NCBI GenBank assembly: GCA_003154195.1
Contig: PMCS01000018.1
Location: forward strand, 44,773-108,772
Direction: 5' to 3'
DNA length: 64,000 bases
Origin: Candidatus Omnitrophota bacterium
GTDB lineage: Bacteria; Omnitrophota; Gorgyraeia; Duberdicusellales; 4484-171
This document shows positions 46,218 through 56,512 of the stretch, piece after piece (the first letter of the stretch is position 1; each line of letters starts with the position of its first letter). The position numbers and the translations under genes were made by a program. Below the pieces are notes generated by a model, which saw only the letters and a list, made by a program, of their open reading frames with translations, searched no databases and was not told the origin of the DNA.

Positions 46218-48290
46218 TTAGTCAGACATATTCGCCAATATTTCTTTCAGAATATGAAAAACTTCAGAGGGTGTTATGTGTTCCATGCAGGCGTTGTGCT
46301 CTTTTTGTTGCCGACATTCGGGTTGATAGCAAAATAAACACGGCGTATCTTTTTTAAAACATACGCGTAGATTGTCGGATTGAATGGTGTGGCGTCGGGG
46401 ATCCGTAGGGCCAAAAAGGGCAATCACCGGAATATTTAAAGCGCAGGCCAGGTGCAGAGTTGCCGTATCCGGGGTAATAAACGCTTTTAATTTTTTTATT
46501 ACTCCCGGGAGTTCCGATAGCGATATTTTACCGCACAGGTTTATGACTCTGTTCGATATGTTCGCTTCGATGTTTTCGGCAGTTTTTTCTGTTGTCTTGT
46601 CGCCGATCAGGACAATTTTAAACAAGGGGAAATTTTTTTCTGCCATATCGATAAAATGGGTAATGTTGTCTACCGGCCAATTTTTCGATTCCCAGCGCGA
46701 AGAGGCGCATACGGCAATGCCGATGTAGCTGCCGTCGGGTAATAATGGTTTTGTTTCTTGTTTTTGTTCCCAGAAGACAAGTTTTTTTTGTTTTAGCGTA
46801 ATGCCTAATAATTTTAATATTTTTTCCTGTGAGTTTAAGGGGTTATCTTTAGTATCGTAAGGTACTTTTTTTGTAAGCAGCCCTCCCCAGCGCAGCTTGA
46901 AACCGAAGGAAAAAGACGGTAAGCTTAAAAAAGAAATAAGATGAGAGGCGCGGCTATTCTGTAGATCAATGATGTAATCAAAAGATCTACGGCGTAAATT
47001 TTTGGATAATTCCAGGATATTCTTGAGTTTTTTATAATCGTCGCCGACGGTGATTATTTCATCGACATAGGGGCAGCCGTAAAAGAAGGGAGAATATTTC
47101 TTTGAAGTCAGGAGGTTTACCTTACTGTCGGGAAAATTTTCTTTTATTGCTTTCAATGAGGGCAGAGAAAGAATAATATCTCCCAGCGACGATATCTTAA
47201 CCGCGAGAATCCTTTTAAAGCTGATTGTTTTTTTATAAACATCGCGCGTTTGCTCCAGGCATTTATCCATGCTGTATAGATTTTCCGCTTTCTTTCTTCC
47301 GTTCAGGACGAGACCATTGGCGAGAGCGTCATCTTTAATAACGCTCAGGATACTATCGGTTAGCGCGTTGCTGTCTTTAGGGTCAACGAGGATACCGTCA
47401 ACTTTATCTTCGATTACCTCGTTGAATCCGCCGACGCGTGTGGCGATAACCGGCACGCCGCAGGCAAATGCTTCCACAATGACCCTGCCGAAAGATTCGT
47501 CTTCGATCGATGAAGCGATAAGCATGCGGGCGTCTTTCAGGACATTTTCAACATCTTCGCGAAATCCTGAAAATTGAACATTGTATTCCAGGGAAAAACG
47601 CTTCGTAAGTGTTTTTAGGTAATTATAGTAATTCATCTTGGTTTTATCCGGGGCGCCGACGATTTTTAATATTAAATAGGGATTGGTGCGTACCAATTTT
47701 TTAAAACTTTCAATTAAGTACTCATACCCTTTTGCCGGCGCGATGCGGCCGATGCTGACGATAGTATTGTTGTTGAGGCGGTGCCGGTAATCGGTAAATT
47801 TAAATTTATTCAAATCCACCCAGCGGTTGATAATAACTATTTTTTCCTGCGCTACGCCGAAATTTTCCTTCATGTGGCGGGCGACAATTTTAGAGGGGCA
47901 GATTACAAATTTTCCCCAAGCCATCGGTTCGCTCCAGAACCGATTACTGTAAACTCCGTGCGCGGTGGTAATAAAGGAAGCGTTGGTCGCGCGCGAGGCG
48001 AAAAATCCTATCCAGGCGGGGACGCGGGAGCGGGCGTGAAGTATATCGATATTTTCTTTTTCGATTATTTTTCTTAAAGGATTTATTAAAAGCAGCGAAA
48101 ACGGCGATTTTTTATATATCCCGAGGCAGTAATGGTTTACTTTTTCCTTTTGTATTTCTTTTGCCAGCGTTCCGCCGCCGGAAATGACAATATTCTCGAT
48201 ATCGCTGCCCTTGAAGTAGCGTACCAGGTCTACGACTCCCCTCTCTACTCCGCCTACGTTCAGGAATGGGATGGCCTGTAAGACACGCAT
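46218..48290 (-). CDS. GT4-GT9 fusion glycosyltransferase
   Basis: N-terminal GGVERG, HARSRVPAW, ESFGR..VEA; C-terminal SSLGDI.L..P, DTATLHLA, LFGPT. Confidence 0.88.
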   Translation of the reverse strand: MRVLQAIPFLNVGGVERGVVDLVRYFKGSDIENIVISGGGTLAKEIQKEKVNHYCLGIYKKSPFSLLLINPLRKIIEKENIDILHARSRVPAWIGFFASRATNASFITTAHGVYSNRFWSEPMAWGKFVICPSKIVARHMKENFGVAQEKIVIINRWVDLNKFKFTDYRHRLNNNTIVSIGRIAPAKGYEYLIESFKKLVRTNPYLILKIVGAPDKTKMNYYNYLKTLTKRFSLEYNVQFSGFREDVENVLKDARMLIASSIEDESFGRVIVEAFACGVPVIATRVGGFNEVIEDKVDGILVDPKDSNALTDSILSVIKDDALANGLVLNGRKKAENLYSMDKCLEQTRDVYKKTISFKRILAVKISSLGDIILSLPSLKAIKENFPDSKVNLLTSKKYSPFFYGCPYVDEIITVGDDYKKLKNILELSKNLRRRSFDYIIDLQNSRASHLISFLSLPSFSFGFKLRWGGLLTKKVPYDTKDNPLNSQEKILKLLGITLKQKKLVFWEQKQETKPLLPDGSYIGIAVCASSRWESKNWPVDNITHFIDMAEKNFPLFKIVLIGDKTTEKTAENIEANISNRVINLCGKISLSELPGVIKKLKAFITPDTATLHLACALNIPVIALFGPTDPRRHTIQSDNLRVCFKKDTPCLFCYQPECRQQKEHNACMEHITPSEVFHILKEILANMSD

Positions 48291-48341
48291 TTAGTTATGT
48301 CCTCTTTGATGATTTTGAATGTCGGTAAAGGTTATGGTAAC

Positions 48342-48434
48342 GATGCCAGTATGGGTTATGGCTACGGTTAAGGCTGCAAATTCGTATTAGCCTTAACCAT
48401 TACCTTTACCTAAACGGGCTTCGTAACCTTAGCC
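48342..48434. repeat. 93-bp direct repeat copy 1 (GGTTAR-type repeat)
   Basis: Identical by eye to 50320..50412. Confidence 0.9.
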
Positions 48435-48448
48435 TTAACCTAGCAGTA

Positions 48449-50254
48449 TTACAATATCTTTTTAATCGCCGCCTTAACCGCTTCCCGGTTGTCTTCAAAG
48501 ATAGTCGAGGTTTTCAATTTTATGCCCCTGATACTATAAGGGTGATATAAAAAGTCCACGTCTTTTTCTATTGATTGCAAAAAAACCTTATGCTTGTCTA
48601 CATGTTTTTCCAGCAAGACGCAAACGCACGGTTTTTTTAACGATAATGTTTCGGAAATCATGGAAATACTTTCGCTGGTGACAAAAACGGCGTCGGACAT
48701 TCCCACGAAACCTTCGAAAACGAAATCGTAATTTTCCCGGTTGGCGTAAACAATCTTTTCCACAACTCCGGAGGCGGCCAGCTCTTTGTTGATGATCGCT
48801 TCTGCCGCTTCCGGCGTGCGGCGGGAAGTGCTGGCGAGAATTTTATAGTTATTCAGTTCGGCAAATTTTTTTAATTGGCCGAGAAATATCCCCAGGTTGT
48901 CGACAAATTCTTTTCGATCGCTGCGCGGGCCACCCAGAAAAAGAGAAATTTTTTTCCCGTCGGCAATATTGAATTGCTTTTTACATTCGAGTATCTTTTC
49001 GCTGAAGTTGGCCGGATAGGACAACGCGCCTCTCACTTTGACTTCGTTATCCGACCATGTCCGGTCATGCTCCGGGATAAGGCATAGGTCGAACCGCCTT
49101 AAGGGGATATTCGAACGCAGTATCGTTATCGCTTTCGCGCCCAGGCTGGAAGCGATTATCCTATTGACCGGCGAAACGAAGCTGCCGGTACTTATCACGA
49201 CATCGGCGTAAGTGCGTTCTAATTGTTCAAATGTGTTTTGAGTCAAAAGGTATTTAAGGCAGCGGCCGCAGCCGAGGCAGCCCCGGGAAGAAAGAAGCGC
49301 GCATATTTCGCAAAGATTTCTGGTTAGTTTATTCTTATACTTCACTTCGATGATTTTGCTGCGCATGGCCAAACCTTCTTCTTTCAGGAATGACAGCAAC
49401 GCCTGCGATTGCTTAAGGTGGCCTAGTTTGCCGTCGCTTAAAATAAGAATATCACGGTCGTTCTTATATTTGAAGCGTTTATGCTGCCAGAGGTAATTTG
49501 CCGGGTACTGCGTTAAATGGTCTTCATACATTTTGTTGATTTCCCGCAGCAATTCATTATCGTTTTTATTGGTCACATCCAGCGGCCCTTTCAGTTCGGA
49601 AACATGATTGAAGAATTTGGTACGGCGTGTGAATCCGACAAAAATATTTTTGTTAAATTTTCTGGCGATATGGATCGCTCCGGTAGGCATCGGCACGCTG
49701 TGGCCAAAAAAGTCTACCGGGGGGGCGTTATCCTCTGCTCCATGGTCGGCCATTAACCCGACAAGCCAGCCCTGATGCAGAAATTTTATTATATCTTTCA
49801 GGGAAAAGCATACCTGTAGTTTGTTCTGTTGCCTTAATTCATTTAAAAATTTATCAAGTTTTTCATTCTTTTGTTTTTTTACCAGGATCGCATAGGGTAT
49901 TTTTTGCGCCAAGGCAAAATTAAAAAACTCCCAATTTCCGGTATGTATACCTACGATAACGCCGCCTTCTTTCCCAAGCTTATCAAGGCCTTGCAAATGC
50001 GTGTATTTTAATAATTTGGGAGCAATTAGATTCTCGACGATGATCAACCCCAAATTGGAAAAACTTTTTCTGGCGATGCGTTTTATTTCTTTATTAGTTT
50101 TATCAGGGAATGATGATTTTATATTACGGAAAGCTATGGTTCGCTTGCGCGGGTTGGCATAAATGGCCAGTCCGATTGTTTTTCCGAAAAGAAAGGAAAA
50201 CCACAGCGGCATTTTCAGGAGAATTTTTTGAGCTAATTTTATAAAAGTATACAT
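48449..50254 (-). CDS. lipid A late acyltransferase (LpxL/HtrB-like) fused to an ELM1/GtrOC1-like domain
   Basis: H.GNWE, ADH, FFG, YLW.HKRFK; then LSDGKLGH..QS, FDL.LIPEHD, STSRRTP, VT.ES.SM.SE. Confidence 0.82.
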   Translation of the reverse strand: MYTFIKLAQKILLKMPLWFSFLFGKTIGLAIYANPRKRTIAFRNIKSSFPDKTNKEIKRIARKSFSNLGLIIVENLIAPKLLKYTHLQGLDKLGKEGGVIVGIHTGNWEFFNFALAQKIPYAILVKKQKNEKLDKFLNELRQQNKLQVCFSLKDIIKFLHQGWLVGLMADHGAEDNAPPVDFFGHSVPMPTGAIHIARKFNKNIFVGFTRRTKFFNHVSELKGPLDVTNKNDNELLREINKMYEDHLTQYPANYLWQHKRFKYKNDRDILILSDGKLGHLKQSQALLSFLKEEGLAMRSKIIEVKYKNKLTRNLCEICALLSSRGCLGCGRCLKYLLTQNTFEQLERTYADVVISTGSFVSPVNRIIASSLGAKAITILRSNIPLRRFDLCLIPEHDRTWSDNEVKVRGALSYPANFSEKILECKKQFNIADGKKISLFLGGPRSDRKEFVDNLGIFLGQLKKFAELNNYKILASTSRRTPEAAEAIINKELAASGVVEKIVYANRENYDFVFEGFVGMSDAVFVTSESISMISETLSLKKPCVCVLLEKHVDKHKVFLQSIEKDVDFLYHPYSIRGIKLKTSTIFEDNREAVKAAIKKIL

Positions 50255-50319
50255 ATTTTTAAAAAACGGTTAGGGCAAAGGCAATGATGCCGTTAAAACT
50301 TGGCTAGGGCAAAGGTAAT

Positions 50320-50412
50320 GATGCCAGTATGGGTTATGGCTACGGTTAAGGCTGCAAATTCGTATTAGCCTTAACCATTACCTTTACCTAAACGGGCTTC
50401 GTAACCTTAGCC
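50320..50412. repeat. 93-bp direct repeat copy 2
   Basis: Identical by eye to 48342..48434; embedded in a longer repeat block 50268..50495. Confidence 0.9.
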
Positions 50413-50496
50413 CTAGCCGGTTTTTTACCGGCATCCTAACCCTGGCCATAGCCCGGTATTTATCATACCGGCTTCGTTATCCTAGCTTTAGCCTAA

Positions 50497-51516
50497 TCAT
50501 TTTATTAAACAATTTTCTACTTCTCGTAAGAAATTTTCGCTGTCTTCGATTATCATCTCTATATCCATGACGATTACCCGTATTTTCCCCGGCGGTAAAC
50601 CGGGAAGATGGTATTTATCTTTGCGGGTTATTATTATATCGTTTATTCCTTCATCTGCCAGCTCATTCTGAATTTTCTCGAATTCCTTTTCGCTTAATTC
50701 ATAGTGATCGGGGTAAGTTATTTTTTTCGCCACTTTTACCCCTTCTTTGCTAAGCATCTGGAAAAAACCATCGGGGTATCCGATAGCGGTAAGCGCCGCT
50801 GTGGGGCGGCCGCTAAAATCCCCGGAGTTAACGATATTATCCCGCAAATCGCAAAATTTTTTTATTTTATACCCGGAGGTAAATATTTTTAAATGAGGGG
50901 ACTTCTTTTTTGTTTCGGACTTGAATTCATTGAGGCCGGCCGCTTGCTCAGCGTGGTTAATAACAAGTATATTCGCGCGCTTTAACGAAGACAGCGGTTC
51001 GCGAAAGATTTGCGCCGGAATCAACCGGCGGGGAAGTTTTAATTCTCGCGCGCCCATCACTACAATATCGCATTGCCGGGCGAGCTTGCGGTATTGGAAA
51101 CCGTCATCAAGAATAAAAACGCCGTACTTTTCCGATAATTTTCCGGCTAACGCCGCCCGGTTTTTATCCGCGTAGACTATCGCCCCACTTTGTTCGATTA
51201 ATTTATTTTCATCGTCGCCGTATCCGCGGCGCAATATCGCGATTTTATAGCGCGCGGATAATTTTTGGTATAAATATAACGTGAGAGTTGTTTTACCGGT
51301 TCCTCCCCACGAAAGATTCCCGACACTGATTATTTTTTTTGTCGAATAAAAAATAGGGGTTATTTTTTTATCGTAAGCGAAATTGCGGATACCGACAACC
51401 GCGCCGTAAATCCCGGATAAAAATATCAACAAAGCGCGGAATAATACCGCGGCAATGTTTTTGTCATCACCGGCGAGGAAATCCACATACCATTGTTTTA
51501 ATCCAGATTTAAGCAT
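50497..51516 (-). CDS. lpxK: tetraacyldisaccharide 4'-kinase
   Basis: ISVGNL..GGTGKT, RGYG, LDDGFQ, REP, YPDH. Confidence 0.92.
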   Translation of the reverse strand: MLKSGLKQWYVDFLAGDDKNIAAVLFRALLIFLSGIYGAVVGIRNFAYDKKITPIFYSTKKIISVGNLSWGGTGKTTLTLYLYQKLSARYKIAILRRGYGDDENKLIEQSGAIVYADKNRAALAGKLSEKYGVFILDDGFQYRKLARQCDIVVMGARELKLPRRLIPAQIFREPLSSLKRANILVINHAEQAAGLNEFKSETKKKSPHLKIFTSGYKIKKFCDLRDNIVNSGDFSGRPTAALTAIGYPDGFFQMLSKEGVKVAKKITYPDHYELSEKEFEKIQNELADEGINDIIITRKDKYHLPGLPPGKIRVIVMDIEMIIEDSENFLREVENCLIK

Positions 51517-52829
51517 GATATTATTAATTTAACGTTATTTTCCGTGGCGCCGGTTTGCTCACGAAACACCTTAGCGCAATTCTTTTGTAATTTTTCGCGT
51601 TCGTCTTTATCGTTGATCAATAATATTAGTTTTGATGTTAATTCTTCCGTATCTCTTACCTGAATCCCCGCTTTTTCCGCATGGACAATTTCGGCGATAT
51701 CGCTGAAATTGTCCATGAACGGTCCGAAAATCGTCGGCTTTCCTAACGATATCGGTTCTAAAATATTTTGCCCGCCATGCTTTACCAGGCTGCCGCCGAC
51801 AAAACAAATATCGCTCAGCGCATAAAAATAGAGTAATTCGCCGATAGTGTCGAGCAAAAATACGGTATCGTTATTAACTTCGTTTTTTTTTGCCGCGCTC
51901 AGGCGTAGGGGTTTTAACCCTTCCGCGATTATCAGTTTTTCGATTTCCGGCGTTCTTTCGATGTGACGCGGCGCGATAATCAGCTTAATATCGCTGCGCT
52001 TCTTCCGGATTTCCTTGTACGCTCGCAGTGCGTATTCTTCTTCCGGACAATGGGTGCTGGCTGCAATTAAAACGATATTCCCCGGCGGAGCGATAATCCC
52101 GGAATATTTTACTTTAACTTTGGTCAGCGTATTGTTATCGAGATTTATATTATCGAACTTCATGTTACCGGTAATTTTTATCTTACTTTCGGGACAACCT
52201 AAGTCAATAAAGCGTTGCCGGTATTCTTCATTTTGAACCGCGACTATGGCGCATTCTTTTAACGCGTATTGCACGATAAATTTAAAACGTTTATAGCGAT
52301 TGATAGCTTTATCGGAAATTCTTGCGTTAATAATCGCAATCGGTATGTTTTTCCGCGATAAGCGAAAAAACAGATTGGGCCATATTTCTGTTTCCACGGC
52401 GATGAAAATTTTTAAATTGAACGTTTTAATAACGTGCCTGATAGCAAACGAGATATCGAAAGGGAAAAAAATTATTTTCGCCCGGCCGGGATACCTTTTT
52501 TTAGCTAAGCGATTGCCGGTTAAAGTGGTGGCAGAAATTATAATCTCGTAATCGCCGTATTCTTTCAGTTGTTTCAGTAAACCGTCTAAAAGATTGACTT
52601 CGCCGACGCTTACCGCCTGAATCCAGATACATTTTTTTCCCGGCGGCGGCGCCGGTTTGGTATCGGTAAACCCCAATTTTTCCTTCAGGGCGGCGAAAGT
52701 TATTTTTTTGCGCCAGAAATAAACCGGGAGATATACGATTAGCCCGGCAAAAAAAATAATATCGTAAAAAAAGAAAACGATATTTTCGATAAAAGCTTGG
52801 GATTGATTTTTTTCGGTTATATCGGGCAT
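51498..52829 (-). CDS. waaA: Kdo transferase
   Basis: SVGE, ETEIWPN, NARIS, GNMKFD, ASTH, APRH.ER, GGQN.LEP. Confidence 0.93.
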   Translation of the reverse strand: MPDITEKNQSQAFIENIVFFFYDIIFFAGLIVYLPVYFWRKKITFAALKEKLGFTDTKPAPPPGKKCIWIQAVSVGEVNLLDGLLKQLKEYGDYEIIISATTLTGNRLAKKRYPGRAKIIFFPFDISFAIRHVIKTFNLKIFIAVETEIWPNLFFRLSRKNIPIAIINARISDKAINRYKRFKFIVQYALKECAIVAVQNEEYRQRFIDLGCPESKIKITGNMKFDNINLDNNTLTKVKVKYSGIIAPPGNIVLIAASTHCPEEEYALRAYKEIRKKRSDIKLIIAPRHIERTPEIEKLIIAEGLKPLRLSAAKKNEVNNDTVFLLDTIGELLYFYALSDICFVGGSLVKHGGQNILEPISLGKPTIFGPFMDNFSDIAEIVHAEKAGIQVRDTEELTSKLILLINDKDEREKLQKNCAKVFREQTGATENNVKLIISCLNLD

Positions 52830-52936
52830 TGAATAATTATAATTTTAGAACATCAATCTACGCCTGCCTTGGTGAAAACTTTCTTTGCCTCTATTTTTTC
52901 TTTGCGTACTTTGCGCCTTTGCGGGAAAGGTTTCCT

Positions 52937-53815
52937 TTAAGCCCGCGGATGTGCCTTGTCATAAACTTTTTTCAACGTATCCATGGTTAAATGGGTATAG
53001 ATTTGCGTCGTCGCGATGCTGGAATGGCCTAATAGTTCCTGGACGCTGCGCAAATCCGCGCCGTGATTCAGCAGGTGCGTGGCGAATGAATGGCGAAAGG
53101 TATGCGGTGAAATACTCAAAGTGATTGACGTCTGGTGTATATATTTGTTAACAATATTTCGTACGCTACGGTCGGTCAGGCTTCCCAGCCGTTTGTTTAC
53201 TAATAAGGAAGGATTTTTATCATTTCGGCGGTCGATATATTTTTTTAACGCTATAATTGCCGGTTCCCCCAGGGGCAAAAGCCGTTCTTTTTTTCCCTTG
53301 CCGATAACCTTTGCGATTCCGCTGATTAAGTCAACATCGTTAATTTTTAGCGATACCAGCTCCGCGACTCGCGCGCCGGTAGAATAAAGCGTTTCCAGTA
53401 TCGCTTTATCTCTTAGCGTCATGATATCGTCGCCTTTGGGGGCGTTTAGAATCCGAGAGATATCTTCTTCGGTTAAAAACTTCGGCAAAGGTTTGTCGAG
53501 TTTAGGGTAAATTAAAGATACCGCCGGGTTATTTTTCATTTCCCCTTCTTTTACCATGAATTTAAAAAAACTTTTCAGGGTGGAAATTTTTCGCGATAAG
53601 GTCCGTTTATTGAATTTTTTTTCGCTCAACGAACTCAAAAACTTACGTAAAAGAAAATAATCGATATCTTTTATGTCTTTCCCGCCGGAAGATTGGAGAA
53701 AGGCATTGAATCCGCGAAGGTCGATCTCGTAGTTTATGATGGTATGGGATGAGTAATTTTTCTCGATATTGAGGTAATTGAGGAATTTGTCGGTGTAATA
53801 GGAGAAAGGTATCAT
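52937..53815 (-). CDS. xerC: tyrosine recombinase XerC
   Basis: RD.AILE.LYSTG.R..E, GKG.KER, HTFRHSFATHLL, LLGH......QIY; located after dprA-topA. Confidence 0.88.
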   Translation of the reverse strand: MIPFSYYTDKFLNYLNIEKNYSSHTIINYEIDLRGFNAFLQSSGGKDIKDIDYFLLRKFLSSLSEKKFNKRTLSRKISTLKSFFKFMVKEGEMKNNPAVSLIYPKLDKPLPKFLTEEDISRILNAPKGDDIMTLRDKAILETLYSTGARVAELVSLKINDVDLISGIAKVIGKGKKERLLPLGEPAIIALKKYIDRRNDKNPSLLVNKRLGSLTDRSVRNIVNKYIHQTSITLSISPHTFRHSFATHLLNHGADLRSVQELLGHSSIATTQIYTHLTMDTLKKVYDKAHPRA

Positions 53816-54036
53816 TTTTTTGCTCCGCAAAAAAATCTGTTCATCCGCTTCGCCCCGATACGCCTGAATATCGCGAAAATCTCTTTCAGACATTTTCGCG
53901 AAGCTTTCGGGACTCCGCTTATGCTTCGCGGATGAAAAGGCAGCCTATTTTGCTGGGGGATACCGGCGATATCAATATCGGTTATCGATAGAATAGGGCC
54001 TTTATCCCGTTAGTACGGTTAGTGAGGCGATTTATG

Positions 54037-56157
54037 TTAGTTAGACGGCGATTGCGCCGGCGTGTTACTTTCGTTGTTTTTTTCCGGCGTGGTTTCGGTT
54101 GTCGTCGGCGCATTGTCTATTGCAATCGGGGTTCCGGCTGCGGCGATCGGTGGCCCGGCTGTATCGGCAGACGTTCCGGCTTCCTCGGAAGGCGGCACTT
54201 TGGCTTCTGTGGAAGCCAAAGTGGGTAGATTCCGTGACGTGTAGCGGCAGGCGGGGAATTTACTGCACCCGTAAAACGCCTGGCCTCTTTTATTCCGGCG
54301 CTCGATGAGCATGCCTTCTTTGCACAGGGGGCATGCCGTATCGGTCAAGATGCTTTCCGCGTATTTGCATTTGGGAAAAGTGGAGCAGCTTAAAAACTTC
54401 CCCCGCCGCGACCATTTTATCACCATGGGGCTGTGGCATTGCGGGCATTCTTTATCATAGTAGACGACATCTTTTTTGGCGACTAACGCTACTTCATCCA
54501 CTTTAGCTTTAAAGGAAGGATAAAAATCTTCGATAATCTTTTGCCAGGTTATTTTGCCTTCCTCGACTTCGTCAAGCTTTTCTTCCATTGAGGCAGTAAA
54601 GTCTTCGTTCATAATCGTGGGAAAATGCTCAAAGATGAAATCGTTGACCTTCATGCCTAATTCTGTAGGCGTAAAGTATCCCTTTTCCCGGCGGATATAA
54701 TTTCGCCGTATCAAGGTCGAGAGGGTGGGCGCGTAGGTAGAAGGCCGGCCGATTCCTTTCTCTTCCATAATTTTTACCAGGGAGGCATCGTTAAAATGCG
54801 CCGGCGGCTTAGTTATGTGTTCGATAACTTCCATCCCCTCTACTCTAACAGTCTCATCTTTGCTCATAGATGGTAATGCGATTTCATTGTCTTCCCGGTC
54901 TAAGATTTTTAAAAATCCGTCAAAGATGAGCCGGCGTCCCGACGCTTCGAATTCCGCTGATTTAGAAGATAACGATACCTTTGTATTTTCATATACCGCT
55001 TCTTTCATGAAGGAGGCAAGAGTGCGCTTCCAGATTAATTCATAAAGTTTTAGCCCATCTTCGTCTAAATATTCTTGAATGTCGCCATATTTACGCTGGA
55101 TACTGGTCGGCCGGATAGCCTCATGGGCAAATTGAGCCCCCTTTTTTTCTTTATAGCGGTGTTCCTGAGCCGGCAAGTAATCATTCCCGTACTGGCTGAC
55201 GATGAAATCCTTGATTTCATGTTTTGCCTTGGGGCTGATATGGAAGGAATCGGTACGCATGTAGGTAATAAGTCCGGCTTGTGTTCCCCCGATATCGATA
55301 CCTTCATAGAGTTTTTGCGCGACCAACATTGTTTTCTGCGATGAAAAATGAAGGCTGTTAAAGCCGTCCTGCTGCAACAGCGACGTTATATAGGGCGAAG
55401 GCGGTTTTCGTCTGGTTTCTTTTTTTACGATATCGTTAACTCTGAAGCTTTCGGTTTTTATTTCTTCGATGCATTTTAGAGCTTCTTCCCGGGAGGCAAA
55501 AACTGCCTTATTCCCTTTATAATTCTGGAGTTCGGCTTCGAAAATATCCCCCCTTATGCTGAATTTTGCGTTTATCGAATAGGTTGTTTCCGGAATGAAA
55601 GCTTTTATTTCCCGTTCCCGGTCGACGATGAATTTTAACGCGACCGATTGGACTCTTCCCGCGGAAAGGCCCCTGACAATTTTCTTCCAGAGCAACGGCG
55701 AGAGAAAATAACCGACGATTCGATCGAGGACGCGCCGGGCAACCTGAGAATTTACCTTATTCATGTCGATTTGCGCCGGTTTCTTAAAAGCTTCACGCAG
55801 GGCGTCTTCGGTGATTTCATGAAATTCGACCCGGTAAAATGTTTTTTCTCCTTTTTCTTTGGATAGTTTTTGTTGTATGTGCCAGCCGATTGCCTCTCCT
55901 TCCCGGTCAGGGTCGGTAGCGATATAAATCGTCTTTAATTCATTCGCTTTTTTCTTCAATTGCGATATTATTTTTTCCTTACCCTTGATTACGTGATAGT
56001 CGGGGGCAAAGCCGTTTTCTACGTCAATCGAGAGTTTAGCTACGGGTAGATCGATGAGGTGGCCCATAGAAGGGATAACATCATAGTCTGGGCCTAATAT
56101 CGCGTGGATAGTTTTGGCCTTAGTCGGTGATTCGACGATTACTAAATATTTACTCAT
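54037..56157 (-). CDS. topA: DNA topoisomerase I
   Basis: VESP.KAK, ATDPDREGE, SAGRVQS, ITYMRTD, GIGRPSTY, C-terminal zinc ribbons. Confidence 0.97.
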   Translation of the reverse strand: MSKYLVIVESPTKAKTIHAILGPDYDVIPSMGHLIDLPVAKLSIDVENGFAPDYHVIKGKEKIISQLKKKANELKTIYIATDPDREGEAIGWHIQQKLSKEKGEKTFYRVEFHEITEDALREAFKKPAQIDMNKVNSQVARRVLDRIVGYFLSPLLWKKIVRGLSAGRVQSVALKFIVDREREIKAFIPETTYSINAKFSIRGDIFEAELQNYKGNKAVFASREEALKCIEEIKTESFRVNDIVKKETRRKPPSPYITSLLQQDGFNSLHFSSQKTMLVAQKLYEGIDIGGTQAGLITYMRTDSFHISPKAKHEIKDFIVSQYGNDYLPAQEHRYKEKKGAQFAHEAIRPTSIQRKYGDIQEYLDEDGLKLYELIWKRTLASFMKEAVYENTKVSLSSKSAEFEASGRRLIFDGFLKILDREDNEIALPSMSKDETVRVEGMEVIEHITKPPAHFNDASLVKIMEEKGIGRPSTYAPTLSTLIRRNYIRREKGYFTPTELGMKVNDFIFEHFPTIMNEDFTASMEEKLDEVEEGKITWQKIIEDFYPSFKAKVDEVALVAKKDVVYYDKECPQCHSPMVIKWSRRGKFLSCSTFPKCKYAESILTDTACPLCKEGMLIERRNKRGQAFYGCSKFPACRYTSRNLPTLASTEAKVPPSEEAGTSADTAGPPIAAAGTPIAIDNAPTTTETTPEKNNESNTPAQSPSN

Positions 56158-56292
56158 TCTCTTTTCTCATGCTCCCTTAATTGTAAATGCCGCTCTAATT
56201 TAAAACAAAAAATTTTTACTACAGAAGGCACGGAGAGGAAAATATTTAAGATAAATTTTTCAAACTGAATACGACAACAAAACCGTAAAGAT

Positions 56293-56486
56293 TTTACCAC
56301 CAAGACACTAAAAATATTTTAAGATTTTATTTTTTCTTTAAAATTGTTTAAGATGATTTTCAGGAAACTTGTTGAAAACATACAACAAAACCAAAAGATT
56401 AACCACCAAGGCACCAAGAAATACTAAAATATAAATAACTATCTTTTTCTTTGTGCCTTTAGTGCCTTGGTGGTAAATTTTAGGTT
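56293..56486. repeat. intergenic inverted repeat, ACCACCAAG family
   Basis: accaccaagacactaa and accaccaaggcaccaag ... ttagtgccttggtggt. Confidence 0.75.
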
Positions 56487-56512
56487 TTTATCCATATTCT
56501 GTAGTTTATATT

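Noticed and set aside
52937-53815. Prophage or island integrase
   Set aside because: It is XerC-like and sits in the usual dprA-topA-xerC context, with no att site or cargo.
53820-53940. tRNA or riboswitch upstream of xerC
   Set aside because: Nested hairpins are present (ttcatccgc/gcggatgaa, tcgcgaaaat/attttcgcga), but no cloverleaf, T-loop or known aptamer motif was recognisable.
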